Made by a program: the position numbers and the translations under genes. From the human T2T-CHM13v2.0 reference genome, Homo sapiens: a stretch of 64,000 bases of DNA. The notes below the pieces were generated by a model, which worked only from the letters and a program-made list of their open reading frames with translations, had not been told where the DNA came from and searched no databases. Each line of letters begins with the position of its first letter. Positions within the stretch are counted from its first letter, which is position 1. The stretch is taken from the NCBI RefSeq assembly GCF_009914755.1, contig NC_060931.1. One strand, given 5' to 3'. Below, in pieces: positions 38,511-52,587 of the stretch.

Positions 38511-39136
<626 letters not shown>

Positions 39137-39233
39137 CTATATTGTGGCCAAAATCAGGCCAAAAATATGAGGTCACCTTTTTATGTTGTAGAATGATTTG
39201 GGAAACTTTTCATTTATCTACTTCTAAAAATAA

Positions 39234-39549
<316 letters not shown>

Positions 39550-39714
39550 TAAAAATTAGAACATTTTAAGTAGCATTAAATATATTTGTTCCTGAGAGTT
39601 TTGCTGGAACTTTAACAGTTTTTGTTCTGATGCTTTTTAATAGAGGAAGGGCTTATTTTTGGTCTTCTTTTACAATTTTCTTCCAGTTAGGCTCTTGATT
39701 TATTAATTTTTCTT

Positions 39715-40030
39715 CCCTTTTTAAGACTCTTTCTCTTTTTAGAAGTATATTTCACATACAGTTAAGTGCAAAAACCCGAAGCAGACAGCTTGATGATTTT
39801 TACCTATGTATAAACACAGGTAACCTCCACACAGAGCAAGAAACAGACATTTCCAGCATCCCAGCAGGCTCTCTCATTCTGCTTCCAAAAGTAACTGTTA
39901 TTCTAACCTCTATCACATATAGTAGTTTTATTTGTTCTGGAGCTTCTATAGATAGAAACATCCAGCATGTCCTCATTTGTGTGTCTGGCTTCTTCTGCTC
40001 GTTGAGTTTCTGAGATTCATCTACAGGAGT
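39715..40030 (-). mobile_element. Old L1 (L1MC/ME-type) 3' UTR fragment
   Basis: aagtatatttcacatacagttaagtgca...gacatttccagcatcccagcaggctc...tgtgtctggcttcttctgctc...tctgagattcatc. Confidence 0.8.
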
Positions 40031-40164
40031 GCAAAAGTGTTTGCAAATATACAAAGAATTACTGAATATGTTATTGCACCAAATCAGAGGAAAATACCCG
40101 AGAAGAGACTATAACCAAAATCGCATTAATCAGAACAGAAAACTCAAGATAAGGAAAGATGAAG

Positions 40165-42730
40165 TAAAGGAAGTAGCAAACACACTGGACTTATTAATTA
40201 TATATTTGTGTGCAAGTGGATGAGAAATAACACCAACTAAAATCCAGTGATCTTCTAGTTCAGTAAAATTTCTAGGGGTCCAGTGGTGTGGGGTCTGTCA
40301 AGATGTTCCTTCTAAGATGAAGGATAAGTTGCTGCATTTGGCCCTTCCTACAACCAATAAAGTGGCACAGTGCCTAGTGGGCCTATTTGGATTTTGGAAG
40401 GAACACTTCCCTCATTTGGGTGTGGTACTCTGGCCCATTTACTGAGTGACCCCAAAGGCTGCCAGTTTTGAGTGGGGTCCAGATCAATAGAAGGCTCTGC
40501 AACAGGTCCAGGCTGCTGTGCAAGGTGCTCTGCCACTTGGGCCACATGACCCAGCAGATCCAATGGTGCTCGAGGTGTCAGTGGCAGATAGGGATGCTGT
40601 TTGGAGCATTTGGCAGGCCCCGATAGGTGAATCACAGAGGAGACCTTTAGGATTTTGGAGCAAGGCCCTGCCATCTTCTGCAGATAATTACTCTCCTTTT
40701 GAGAGACAGCTCTTGGCCTGTTACTGGGCTTTGGTGGAAACTGAATGTTTGACTATGGGTCATCAAGTCACCATGTGACCTGAACTGCCTATCACAAATT
40801 GGGTGCTTTCTGACCCATCTAGCCATAAAGTGGGTCACACACAGCAGCATTCTGTCATCAAATTGTAGAGGTATATATGTGATCGGGCTCGAGCAGGTCC
40901 TGAAGGCACAAGTAAGTTACATGAGGAAGTGGCTCAAATGCCCATGGTCTCCACTCCTGCCACCCTGCCTTCTCTTTCCCAACCTGCACTGATGGCCTCA
41001 TGGGGAGTTCCCTATGATTAGCTGACAGAGGAAGAGAAGGCTAGGGCCTGGTTCACAGATGGTTCTGCACGATATGCAGGCACCACCCGAAAGTGGACAG
41101 CTGCAGCACTATAGCCCCTTTCTAGGACATCCCTGAAGGACAGCGGTGAAGGGAAATCTTCCCAGTGAGCAGAACTTTGAGCAGTCCATCTGGTTGTGCA
41201 CTTTGCATGGAAGCAGAAATAACCAGATGTGCAATTATATACTGATTCATGGGCTGTAGCCAATGGTTTGGCTGGATGGTCAGGGACTTGGAAGAAGCAT
41301 GATTGGAAAATTGGTGACAAAGAAATTTGGGGAAGAGGTATGTGGATGGATCACTCTGAGTGGTCAAAAACTGTGAAGATATTTGTATCCTATGTGAATG
41401 CTCATCAGTGGGCGACCTCAGCAGAAGAGGATTTTAGTAATCAAGTGAATAGGATGACACATTCTGTGGACACCGCTCAACCTCTTTCCCCAGCCACCCC
41501 ATCATTGCCCAGTGGGCCCATGAACAAAGTGGCCATGGTGGCAGGGATGGAGGTTATGCATGGGCTCAGCAACATGAACTTCCACTCATCAAGGCTGATC
41601 TGGCTACAGCCACTGCTGAATGCCCAATTTGCCAGCAGCAGAGACCAACCCTGAGCCCTCGATACAGCACCATTCTTTGGGGTGATCAGCCAGCTACCTG
41701 GTGGCAGGTTGATTATACCGGACCTCTTCCATCATGAAAAAAGCAGAGGTTTGTCCTCAGTGAGATAGACGCTTACTCCGGATATGGGTTTGCCTATCCT
41801 GCACACACTGCTTCTGCCAAGACTACCACCTGTGGACTCACAGAATGCCTTATCCACTGTCATGGTATTCCACGCAGCCTTGCCTCTGACCAAGGCACTA
41901 ACTTTATGGCTAAAGAAGTGCAGCAGTGGGCCCATGCTCGTGAAATTCACTGGTCTTACCATTTTCCCCATCATCCTGAAGCAGCTGGATTGATAGAACA
42001 GTGGAATGGCCTTCTGAAGTCACAATTACAATGCCAATTAGATGACAATACTTTGCAGGGACGGGCAAAGTTCTCCAGAAGGCCATGTATACTCTGAACC
42101 ACTGTCCATTATGTGATACTGTTTCTTCCATAGGCGGGATTCACAGGTTCAGGAATCGAGGGGTGGAAATGGAAGTGGTACCACTCACCATCACCCCTAG
42201 TGATCCACTAGCAAAATTTTTGTTTCCCATGTTCCCATGACATTATGTTCTGCTGGCCTAGAGGTTTTAGTTCCAGAGGGAGGAACACTGCCACCAGGAG
42301 ACACAACAACAATTCCATTAAACTGGAAATTAAGATTGCCACCTGGACATTTAAGCTCCTCCTACCTTTAAGTCAATGGGCTAAAAAAGGAGTTACAGTG
42401 TTGGCTGGGGTGACTGATCTCGACTATCAAGATGAAATCAGTCTACTACTCCATAACGGAAGGAAGAGGATGCGTGGAATACAGAAGATCCATTAGGATG
42501 TCTCTTAGTATTACCATGTCTTGTGATTAAGGTCAACGGGAAACTACAACAGCTCAATCCAGCCAGGATTACAAATGTTCCAGACCCCTCAGAAATGAAG
42601 GTTTGGTCACTCCACCAAGAAAAAAACCATGACCTGCTTAGCTGCTTGCTGAAGGCAAAGGGAATACAGAATGGGTGGTAGAAGAAGGTAGTCATCAATA
42701 CCCGCTATGACCACATGACCAGCTGTAGAA
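40165..42730 (+). pseudogene. Disrupted HERV-L pol (RT C-terminus/connection, RNase H, integrase) followed by dUTPase
   Basis: RPLGFWSKALP..YSPFERQLLACYWAL; WFTDGS (~41049); YTDSWAVANG; CPICQQ zinc-finger; WWQVDYTGPLP; AAGLIEQWNGLLK; GVTVLAGVTDLDYQDEI; many stops and frameshifts. Confidence 0.9.
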
Positions 42731-43054
42731 ATAAGGACTGTAACTGTCATGAGTATTTCTTCCTTATTTTGTTAAAAACATGTTTGTGTATGTATACACG
42801 TGTACTAAGAAAATATCTTCATTTTATTTCCTTTTCCTTTATCATGTGACATAAGATTTATTAACTTCATATCAGCATTTAAATCTTGTTAACTTTATAT
42901 AATAGTATTTGGGTTGGGGATTGGTGCATTTCCGGTTGTACGAAGGATAGTTGTATTATGTTAGGTGTAATTATGACCTTATTATTGTCTTTATTTGAAG
43001 ATTATCTATGATCTCAGGAGATGTGTGTGGGTTCAAGTTGACAAAGGGTAGACT
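40165..43054 (+). mobile_element. HERV-L internal region, 5'-deleted (no 5' LTR or gag)
   Basis: gtaaaatttctaggggtccagtggtgtgggg and contiguous ERVL pol-like sequence; AT-rich 3' region; PPT-like acaaagggtagac immediately before the LTR. Confidence 0.95.
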
Positions 43055-43480
43055 TGTGATGGTTAATACTGAGTGTCAACTTGATTGGACTGAAGGATGC
43101 ACAATATTGATCCTGGGTGTGTCTGTAAGGGTGTTGCCAGAGGAGATTAACATTCGAGTCAGTGGGCTGGGGAAGGCAGATCCACCCTTAATCTGGTGTC
43201 TGGTGGGCACAATCGAATCAGCTGCCAGCAAATATAAGGCAGGTAGAAAAATGTGAAAAGGTGAGATTGGCCTAGACTCCCAGCCTACATCTTTCTTCCA
43301 TGCTGGATGCTTCATGCCCTCAAACATTGGACTCCAAGTTCTTCAGTTTTGGGACTCAGACTGGCTCTCCTTACTTCTAAGCTTGCAGACAGCCTATTGT
43401 GAGACTTTGTGATCTTGTAAGTTAATACTTAATAAACTCCCAAATATATATATGTATACACACACACAAATATATATATT

Positions 43481-43559
<79 letters not shown>

Positions 43560-43597
43560 TACTAGTTCTGTTCCTCTAGAGAACCCTGACTAATACA
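43055..43597 (+). mobile_element. MLT2A LTR (HERV-L 3' LTR) containing a (TG)n(TA)n microsatellite at ~43445-43557
   Basis: Starts TGTGATGGTTAATACTGAGTGTCAACTTGATTGG, has AATAAA at ~43431, ends gagaaccctgactaataCA. Confidence 0.95.
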
Positions 43598-43759
43598 GAT
43601 TTCCAATTAAAGATATTAAGCAGGCAGCCTAATTTTCAGGGCTTGCTCGAGAAGGATGAATGCAGATAAATTTTGGGAGTTGTTGGCACAGCGGATCAGA
43701 AATACTTATTGAAAGGTTCATTGATAAGCTTCAGAGTGTCCAAGAACATTCTAAAATTA

Positions 43760-43868
43760 TCCAGAAAAAGTATGGTTGTATATTCCTTTCCTTTTTCAGG
43801 GACAAGGTCCAGAATTTTCATCAGATTCTCAAAGGGGTTCATGACCCAAAAAAGTTTAAGGACAACAG
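43760..43868. mobile_element. hAT-Charlie MITE end fragment
   Basis: tttcatcagattctcaaaggggttcatgacccaaaaaagtttaag resembles a recurrent Charlie-family terminal segment. Confidence 0.5.
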
Positions 43869-43869
43869 A

Positions 43870-45600
43870 TATAGATGATGGTAGATATTATAGGAATTGG
43901 TAAATTACTAAGCAAGAATATGTAGATTGAGAAGACAGCCAACGATGGGTTCTTATAGTAGAACAACACCTACAGGGTAGTTAGAGGAAGATAGAAGGCA
44001 GATATAGTAAGAAAACCTGGAGAGTGTAATGTTATAGAAAATCAATGGAAGAAAGTGTCTCAAGAAGAAAGACATCTATAAGAGATTGAGTAAGATAAGT
44101 ACAGAACCCCACCCACCGAATGGCAGCAAGGAGATCACTGGTTACTGGCAAGAGTGGTTGCAGTGTATTTGTTATTAATAGAAAACTTAGTTGGAAGTAA
44201 AATTGACAGAATGGCTATAAGCATTTTTTCTGAGAGTTGACTGTGAAGCAGAGGGGGGCACATGGCTAGAGAGAGGGAATGTAAGATCAACTGAGAGACT
44301 TAAGCATGTGTATATGCTAATTGGAACAAAATAGCAGAGAGGGAGAGATTGAAGAGGTAAGACAAAAAGGAATAATTGATGGAGTTGTATCTCTGCGGAT
44401 CTGGGAAATGGACACCACAGCATAAGTCTAAGGATTAGCTTCAGGAGGATCAAGTCTTCCACTGAGACAGAAAAAGTGAAAAGGACAAGGGTGGATTTAG
44501 CTAATGTTATAGATCTGAGAGTGGGGGACTGAAGGAAGTCTCATAGGCTTATGTCTTCACTGTTTCTGAAGTAGAAAGTGAGGTCATGCCTTGACAGAGA
44601 GATGGGTTTTGAACATGCTGCCTGAGAAGATTGATGAGGTTTTGAAATTATTATTTAAGGAGAGAAAACTGGCTAGGAATATATAAAGGATTTATAGGTT
44701 ATGCTGAAAACCAAGCAAAAATTAAACATCTAGAATGTGAAGGGACACCAACATGCACTGTGAATGTGTATTCTCTATTATGAGCCAGTAGACCATGGAA
44801 GTTAAAGATAGGATTTTACAAGGATAGAGTGACAGAAGGATGTGGGACAAGGTTGTGGGGAAGAGTGTTAAAGAGGGATGACACGATGGATCATGAGGTC
44901 TAGGCTGAACACAAAAGGATGGAGAGAAAGGAGAGAATTGAAGTTCCAGGATAGGCATAGTGGGAATGAGGGAGTTAAAGCTGGAAAGATCCTGTTATTA
45001 GACAGTGACACACTGAAATTCATTACTTTAGAGAATGATGCCAATGTCTGAGGTATGAGAGTAGGTGAGGAAGTGGAGTGGGGTTTATAAGGTAAGCACA
45101 TGTCACATATGGATATTGATTGGGATAGTTACCTGGACAGGACTTAGGTAGAGATAAGTATTATGATTCAGGGGCCAAAATTTTTGACTAAAACCATGAC
45201 TAGGTGGTTGGTGGTTGACGGTTGAAGGGGAGGAGTTGCCATTATTCTCAAACAACAAACTTTTTTTAGACTCCAGGACTTGGAAATATTGGTTTGAAAG
45301 CTGCACTGGGGAGTGAAAAGAACACAGGAGCCACCTCTTAGAACTACCAAATATGGAACATGGGAATATGGCCCTTGAGAGGGCCACCACAGCAGTAGCC
45401 TTGGGAGATGCATCAAATTTCAGTAAGGTGAGGAGTGTAGCATGTGTTCTATGTAGCAGCTAAGAGTAGAGGGAAGTCTGTTTACTCTGAAACAAGTTTC
45501 AAACGGTTATGGGACATGATGCTTTTGAAGGAGAGGGGGAATTGGGGCTGGGTCAGATGCTTTTGAAGGAGAGGAGGAATTGGGGCTGGGTCAGAAGAGG
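43870..45600 (-). mobile_element. Long, highly decayed L2 LINE (ORF2 region)
   Basis: Purine-rich antisense L2-like text (gaagaaagtgtctcaagaag, gagatcactggttactggcaagagtggttgcagtg); boundaries approximate. Confidence 0.6.
45518..45593. repeat. 38-bp G-rich tandem duplication (1 mismatch)
   Basis: gatgcttttgaaggagagg(g/a)ggaattggggctgggtca, two copies. Confidence 0.95.
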
Positions 45601-46134
45601 GGAAGCACAGAGGAGCTAAACTGACTGAAGAGGACAGCTGTCAGGAGAAGCTTACATTTTGAGGTCGTGACCAGGTTTGGCAGGAATGAAAGGCACAGAA
45701 TTTGCTGACCTTCATGTACCTGGCAAAATCTGCCTTAGAGTTGTATCAGAGACAGGCTACCTTTCAAGACATGAGTCTCCTGACAGATAGTAGCTTGCTT
45801 TGTGGATGTTGAATCACTGTATATTCATCTGGTATTTTCTTTAAGTTATGAATCTCCTTAAAGGGTATCAGTTAATAGATATTTGAGCAAGTACTATGTG
45901 CAAAGTACAGAGGTTTTATAAAGTAGTAAGTGAGAGGATCTGACCTCATGGAGCCTACAGACTGTAGATTCTAAGGAGGAATTTATCGTTAAACAAATGT
46001 GTAAAATTCTACAAAAGGATTCGACATGTACAGGAGTGTATCTTATGATACTCAGCCTTGTGTGGGGTGGAAATGGTCTGCTTATCTTGCTCTCGTGTAT
46101 GTAAAATAAGTAATGTAAAGAAGTGAGAAGCACC

Positions 46135-46340
46135 TTTAGACAGACTGACCTGAGGTCAAATCTGCTACTCCACCAATATCACTATGTAAACCTGAATTGG
46201 TTTTATTAAACTTTGAGCCAGTCTTTTCATTTCTAAATTGTAGACAGGTTATATCTTGTAGGGTAGTAGTGAGTACTAAGCAAGTTAATGTAAATATAGC
46301 ATCAAGTATAGTGGTTAGCACATGGTAAGTAAGCAAAAGG
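46135..46340 (+). mobile_element. MIR SINE relic
   Basis: tttagacagactgacctgaggtcaaatctgctactcc...gttagcacatggtaagtaagc. Confidence 0.7.
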
Positions 46341-46849
46341 TTAGTTTCCTTTCCCTAGAGTACTTCCTATAGGCACTTTATAAAATATGACTAAAACTAT
46401 AAATGAAGGACTGTATTCTATCATTATTCAAGCTACCTCTTTGGCATTTTTATATTTTGATTAAGAAAATTATCTTACTCACTTAGGTGACAAAATTTTT
46501 TAGATGAAATTAAATGTATGGTGAAGGAGTATCTGATGAAACTGACTTGGCAGCTAAAAAAACCTGCTACTCTGTTTTTCTTTTATAAAATTGAATGCTT
46601 AAAAAAAATCTCTGTTTAGGATTGTCATGGGGGTTGTTTCTGCTTTTCACTTAAACTGTTGATTTGTCTTTATCCACACAGTATTATTTTAGTGACATGT
46701 GTAAATTTCAAGATGACCCAGTATTTAGTGACTTTACCTAATGCTTCCGGTTGAAATGTTTCTCAAGGGAAAGTCAGCCAACCATTTTTATTTTGTGCAT
46801 AGTATAGGTAGAAAACACCAAAGCAATAAAAAACAAAGTTATTGACTAG

Positions 46850-46953
46850 TTTTGTTGTTGTTGTTGTTTGTGACAGGGTCTTCTGCTCTGTCACTCTCGC
46901 TGGAGTGCAGTGGCACAATAAGAGTTCACAGCAGCCTTGAACTCCTTGAGCCC
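46850..46953 (-). mobile_element. Alu right-arm fragment
   Basis: gacagggtctt..gctggagtgcagtggcacaat..cacagcagccttgaactcc. Confidence 0.75.
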
Positions 46954-46959
46954 AAAACT

Positions 46960-47810
46960 AGAGTAATTGGGATATCTATCACCTCAAGCATTTATCATTT
47001 CTTTGTGTTAGGAACATTCTAATTCCACTCTTTTAGTTATTTTGAAATATATGATTAATTATTATTAACTATAGTCATTCTGTTGTGCTGCTGAACACTA
47101 GATCTTATTCCTCTAAATGTATTTCTGTACCCATTAACCACCTCATCTTTATTCCCTCCTTCCCCGCTCCCCTTTCTAGCCTCTGCTAATCATCATTCTA
47201 TTCTCTATCTGCATGAGTTCATTTTTTTTTAGCTCCCACATATTAGTGAGAACATGTGATATTTATCTTTCTGTGTCTAGCTTATTTCACTTAACATAAT
47301 GACCTCCAGTTCCATCCATGTTGTTGCGAATGACAAGATTTTATTCCTTTTCTGGCTAAATAATATTCCATTGTGTATATGTTTGTACCACATTTTCTTT
47401 ATCTGCTTGTTTGTTGATGGCATGGGTTGATTCCATATCTTGGCTATTGTGAATAGCGCTGCAATAAACATGAGGGTGCAGATATCTCTTCGATATACTG
47501 ATTTTCTTTCTTTCGGGTATATACCCTGCAGTGGGATTTCTGGCCATATGGTAGTTCTATGTTTAGTTTTTTGAGGAACCTTCATACTTTTCTCCAAAGT
47601 TGATGTACTCATCAATCTTTGATGAGTAAGTGGGAAAAGTCCCACCAATAGTGCACAGGGGTTTTCTTTTCTCCACATCCTTGCCAGAATTCATTATTGC
47701 CTGTCTTTTGGATGAAAGCCATTTTAAATGTGATGAGATGATAGCTCATTGTAGTTTTAATTTGCATTTCTTAGATGATTAGTGATGTTGAGCATTTTTT
47801 CATATGCCTC
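46960..47810 (-). mobile_element. L1MA-type 3' UTR and ORF2 terminus
   Basis: ORF 47277-47678 ([43 protein letters not shown]) is the L1 ORF2 C-terminus. Confidence 0.92.
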
Positions 47811-48110
47811 TAACAAGAATATTTTTGACCTATGTTTCATTTCTTTGATCCTTCATAGTAAAACTTTGCAGAAGAGTTGTCTAAAATTGTTTTCTACATT
47901 CCTCAGGTGTTTTCCCAGCCCACCTTAATTAGAGTTTAGTTTCCTTTTAAAGGTCATCCATGATTTCCACATTACCAAATCCAATGACCTCTTCTGGGTA
48001 CTCATCTTCCTCCTTATTCCAACTACGCTTGTCTCATTGACCACTTCCTTCCTTCTTAACTGCCCCTCCTTAGCACTTTCTTCTCTTGGCTCTTAGAGCA
48101 TACTTTCCTA

Positions 48111-48722
<612 letters not shown>

Positions 48723-50999
48723 TTCAGTCACTACAATACTTTGCTGATGACTTTTACAAGTCTACCCTGAACTTCTGCCTGGAACTCTAGGTCATCTATG
48801 AAGCTTCCAGCCTGACCCCTCTACTTTGATTGCCTGTTTTTCTGTCTTCTTGCAACCGCCCTACTGCCGCCATCATTCCTCTCTCCTCAGCTATTGTAAT
48901 AGCCTCTTAATTCATGTCTTTATTACAACTCTGGGTACTCTTCTCTCCACCACCCAACTCATCCATTTTCCATACAGGAGCCAGAGTAACTTTCATTTTA
49001 AACACAACTCAGAATCTATCTCTTCCTTGCTTAAAATCCTCCAGTGGCTTCTTACAGCTCTTGGGATTTAGTCCAGCTTCTGCTGTGGCCTGCAAGGCTG
49101 GCCCTGCCTATTGGGCCACAGGCCTTCCCTCAAGCCTCAGCTTGTTTGTCTCTCCCCACTCACTGCCCCTGAGCCACTGAGGTCCTCTCTTGTCCTCAAT
49201 CCAGCCCAGCTTAGGGCCGCTGCATTTGCTTTACTTTCTCTCTGGAATGTTCTTCCAATGGCTGGCTTGCTTTTATCATTTAATTCATTTAGTCTCCAGC
49301 TCAAATGTTACTTTTTCAGAGGGATTGTTCCAAAGAAATGCCACAGCCGCTGTCTATCATATTATCCTGTTTCATATTTTTCACAGTACTTTTCTCTGTG
49401 GAATATCTAATTTGTTCATCTGTCTGCCTCAGTAGAATGGAAATTGCATTAGAGCAGAAGTCATGTCTGCCATATTCACCACTACATTTTCTTCATATAG
49501 AACTGTGCTTCGTTCTTAGTAGGTGCTCAAAAGGTTATTTTTAAAAATAAATAAAGGAGTAAATGAGTAATGATAATAATACTATTTAACTAACATTGAA
49601 TAGCATTTGATATTTTGGGATGTCCTTTCACTCATGTTATCTGGCTTCCTCTCCATGGTAACTTCTGAGGTAGGGACTATTGTTACGGTCATTTACAGAT
49701 GAACTAAGTCATTTTGTGCCCTTTCACCTCCGCATCCAAAAGGGAAAGAAATTGCACTTTTTAAGCCTCCAAAGAAAAAGAGAATCAAGGAACTTTGGTA
49801 AAATTATTTAATAGGCTGAGCTAACCATCTGTGAACTTTTGCTTTTTGCGTTTTAACCAAATGTTAAAAATTGAACTACCTGTGTTTCTATCCTGAACAC
49901 TACAAACCATTCAGAGAAAATGTTCTCTATTATTCCTGGGTCCAGATGCAAGAGGTCCATGGTAGTCAATGCTCTGTAATTAAATGAGATTTTAGGCTGA
50001 GTTTCTAATCCCCTGAGACACAGAATGTGCAGCTGTACTAATAACGTGGCCTATTATATGGAAAGCCAGCCGGGTCCTTATTTCTTTATGTATGCACACA
50101 CATACACACACACTCACACACATAAATTCACATTTATATTTTTTCAAGCCAACAACAATCTAAACACAAGGTTCTCATTCTGTCTTTAAATATGGGAAAT
50201 AATATTAGATTAAGTTAATGTAATCACTAACATCATGTTCTATAAATTGAAAACTAATGCATCTTTGTTTTCCAACTCCCAGTCTGCCCGAGAAACCAGA
50301 ATTTACAGAATGTCCAGACCCACACTTTCGATGATAAAATATATGTACCCCACTTAGAGTAAGGTGCATAATTTAATATTTTATTGTGTTTGATTTATAG
50401 GCTTTTTCAATCCTTATTAAATTTAAGTTTTCACAATTGAGGAAAGGCCTTAAATAAAACATATTTTGTGGTTAAAGACATATCCCACATGTGCTGGGAT
50501 GGCAATTTAAGTCAGGATAACTCCTCTCTGGGCCTTCAGAGCACTGCTGAAAGCTCTGATTGTGGGGCTAAGGTTAGTAGGGCTGAAGGAGAAAGGGTCA
50601 GTGTTCAGAATCTAGGCTGAGAGCAGTATCTGTTTCTTTGAGGTCTGATATTGCATCAAAATCCACTTCAAAATCTGGTATGGAAAAATCTTTAAAAATT
50701 ATATCAAAATTTGGCTTTTGTGTCTTTTAAAAAGAAAGAAACTTTAGGGGGGTAGGGAAAGTGATTTGTACTGATACCTTTGGCAAGCCCTTCACTAAGT
50801 ACTCTTTCAGAACAGTAATTCCCCAACCGTCAAAGACCTGGACATGACCTCAAATATCTACAGCTCAAGAAATGTTACGTGGTGCCGCAGATGTTTTCAG
50901 GCAGGAATTCCAGGTCCTGATGAACAGATGGAAGTACCTTTCCCTGAAAGCCTCTTCTGCCCTGAGGACACTGGCCACTGAAAAGGATCCAAGCTATAG

Positions 51000-52355
51000 G
51001 ACTGGCATCACTGGAGAATGGAAATATCCTTTCAGCATCTCTAAACTACCAGTCCCCACTAATCTTAACCAACTCCAATGCCTCTCAAGATGTTTCTGAA
51101 CCCCTCATCCCTAAGGATTTATTTGCTCATGCCACTCCTGCATTTTTGCATTTCTATTATGTCAGTGATCATATTCTGTCCTAACTCCTATTCCATACAA
51201 CAAAGACCAGGAGGCTCTGTACTGTTCTGTACTTCATGTCCTCTTTCTCATCTCAAAGTCATCTTTGATTCTTTCTTCTTCCACACCCGCTACATCTCAT
51301 CAGTTACGGACTGTTCTTGATTCTCTCTTCTCAATATCTCTTGAAATCCTTCTTTTTTTTTTTTTTTTTTTTTTGAGACAGAGTCTTACTCTTGTCACCC
51401 AGCCTGGAGTGCAATGACGAGATCTTGGCTCACTGCAACCTCCACCTCCTGGGTTCAAACAATTCTCCTGCCTCAGCCTCCTGAGTAGCTGGGATTACAG
51501 GCATCCACCACCATGCCTGGCTGATTTTTGTATTTTTGGTAGAGAAGGGGTTTCACTGTGTTGGCCAGGCTGGTCTCAAACTCCTGATTTCAGGTGATCT
51601 GCCCACCTTGGCCTCCCAAAGTGCTGGAATTACAGGCGTGAACCACTGCGCCCAGCCCCTTCACTTCTTTATATTTCCATGACCCTCTCTGAGTCCAGGC
51701 CATCTCTGGCTCTTGCTTTTGCCCTCACAGCAATTGATTTGGCTTTCCTCACTCAAATCTTGCTCCCAGCCCTCCCTTTACCTATTATTCCTTACTCTGC
51801 AGTCAGAGTGATTTTTCTACGATGCCTGTATATCTGATCATCTCATTCCCCTGCCAAAACCTTTAGTGTATTTCCACTACCCTTGAGATAAATTCTCAGC
51901 TCCTTACCATGGCTTACCAGGTGCTATCAGCATCTCTCCCTCATTTCCCCTCTTGCACTACACCTTACACTGCAGTCCTACTTAACTCCTACTGCTTTCT
52001 CAGGGAAGCCTGTGGGGCCTTCGCTTGCCTGGGCATTTCCCTGTGCTGTTCCCTAGTGCTCTTCCTAGCTCTTTACCTGGCTAATTCCTACTCATGCTTT
52101 GTTCTCAACTTATGGTCACTTCCACCTGGTCACCTTCCTAGGCCTCCTGCTTATCTTGCTCTTCTTTCCCATTGCATTTTGTCCTTCCCTGGCACGGCAC
52201 TGAGACTTCATTATAATTGTGGTTTATTTTTTCCCTCTAGACTAGAAGGTCCCCAAGGACAGAAACTATATGTACCTTCTCTCTTGTATATCATCATCAC
52301 CTAGCTCAGTGCCTGGCATATAGAAAGGCATTTAATAGCTATTGAATAAATATTC
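51000..52355 (+). mobile_element. L2 relic interrupted by an Alu
   Basis: cctggctaattcctactcat...cctagctcagtgcctggcatatag...ttgaataaat (L2 3' end). Confidence 0.7.
51353..51657 (-). mobile_element. Alu (AluS class)
   Basis: Full antisense Alu with T tail. Confidence 0.97.
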
Positions 52356-52563
52356 ATTGTTGTATCTTCCACACATCTTGGTATCAAGTTGGTATTGCTG
52401 AGTACCTTGCACACAGTGGATGTTCAATACCAATTTGATGAATCAGATCCAATGGACACATTGTTCAAATTGTCCGATAGAAAACCTAGGCCTATTGAGA
52501 CACAGAGTAAAACAATAAGCTGGTTTAGGAAATATTAAAAGATTCTTTTCTGAAAGATGAATT

Positions 52564-52587
52564 TGATTGGCTGACCAATCACATTGG
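52564..52587. promoter_or_regulatory. Inverted pair of CCAAT boxes (TGATTGG-ctga-CCAATCA) plus a third ATTGG
   Basis: Direct reading; CAGCCAATCA on the minus strand matches the NF-Y consensus. Confidence 0.35.

Noticed and set aside
40518-42496. HERV-L pol and dUTPase ORF pieces as functional genes
   Set aside because: Multiple in-frame stops and frameshifts; the RT catalytic region is deleted.
43598-43603. gattt after the MLT2A LTR, resembling the start of HERV-L internal sequence (possible tandem provirus)
   Set aside because: Only about 5 bp match, no primer-binding site follows, and the LTR is preceded by PPT and internal sequence as expected for a 3' LTR.
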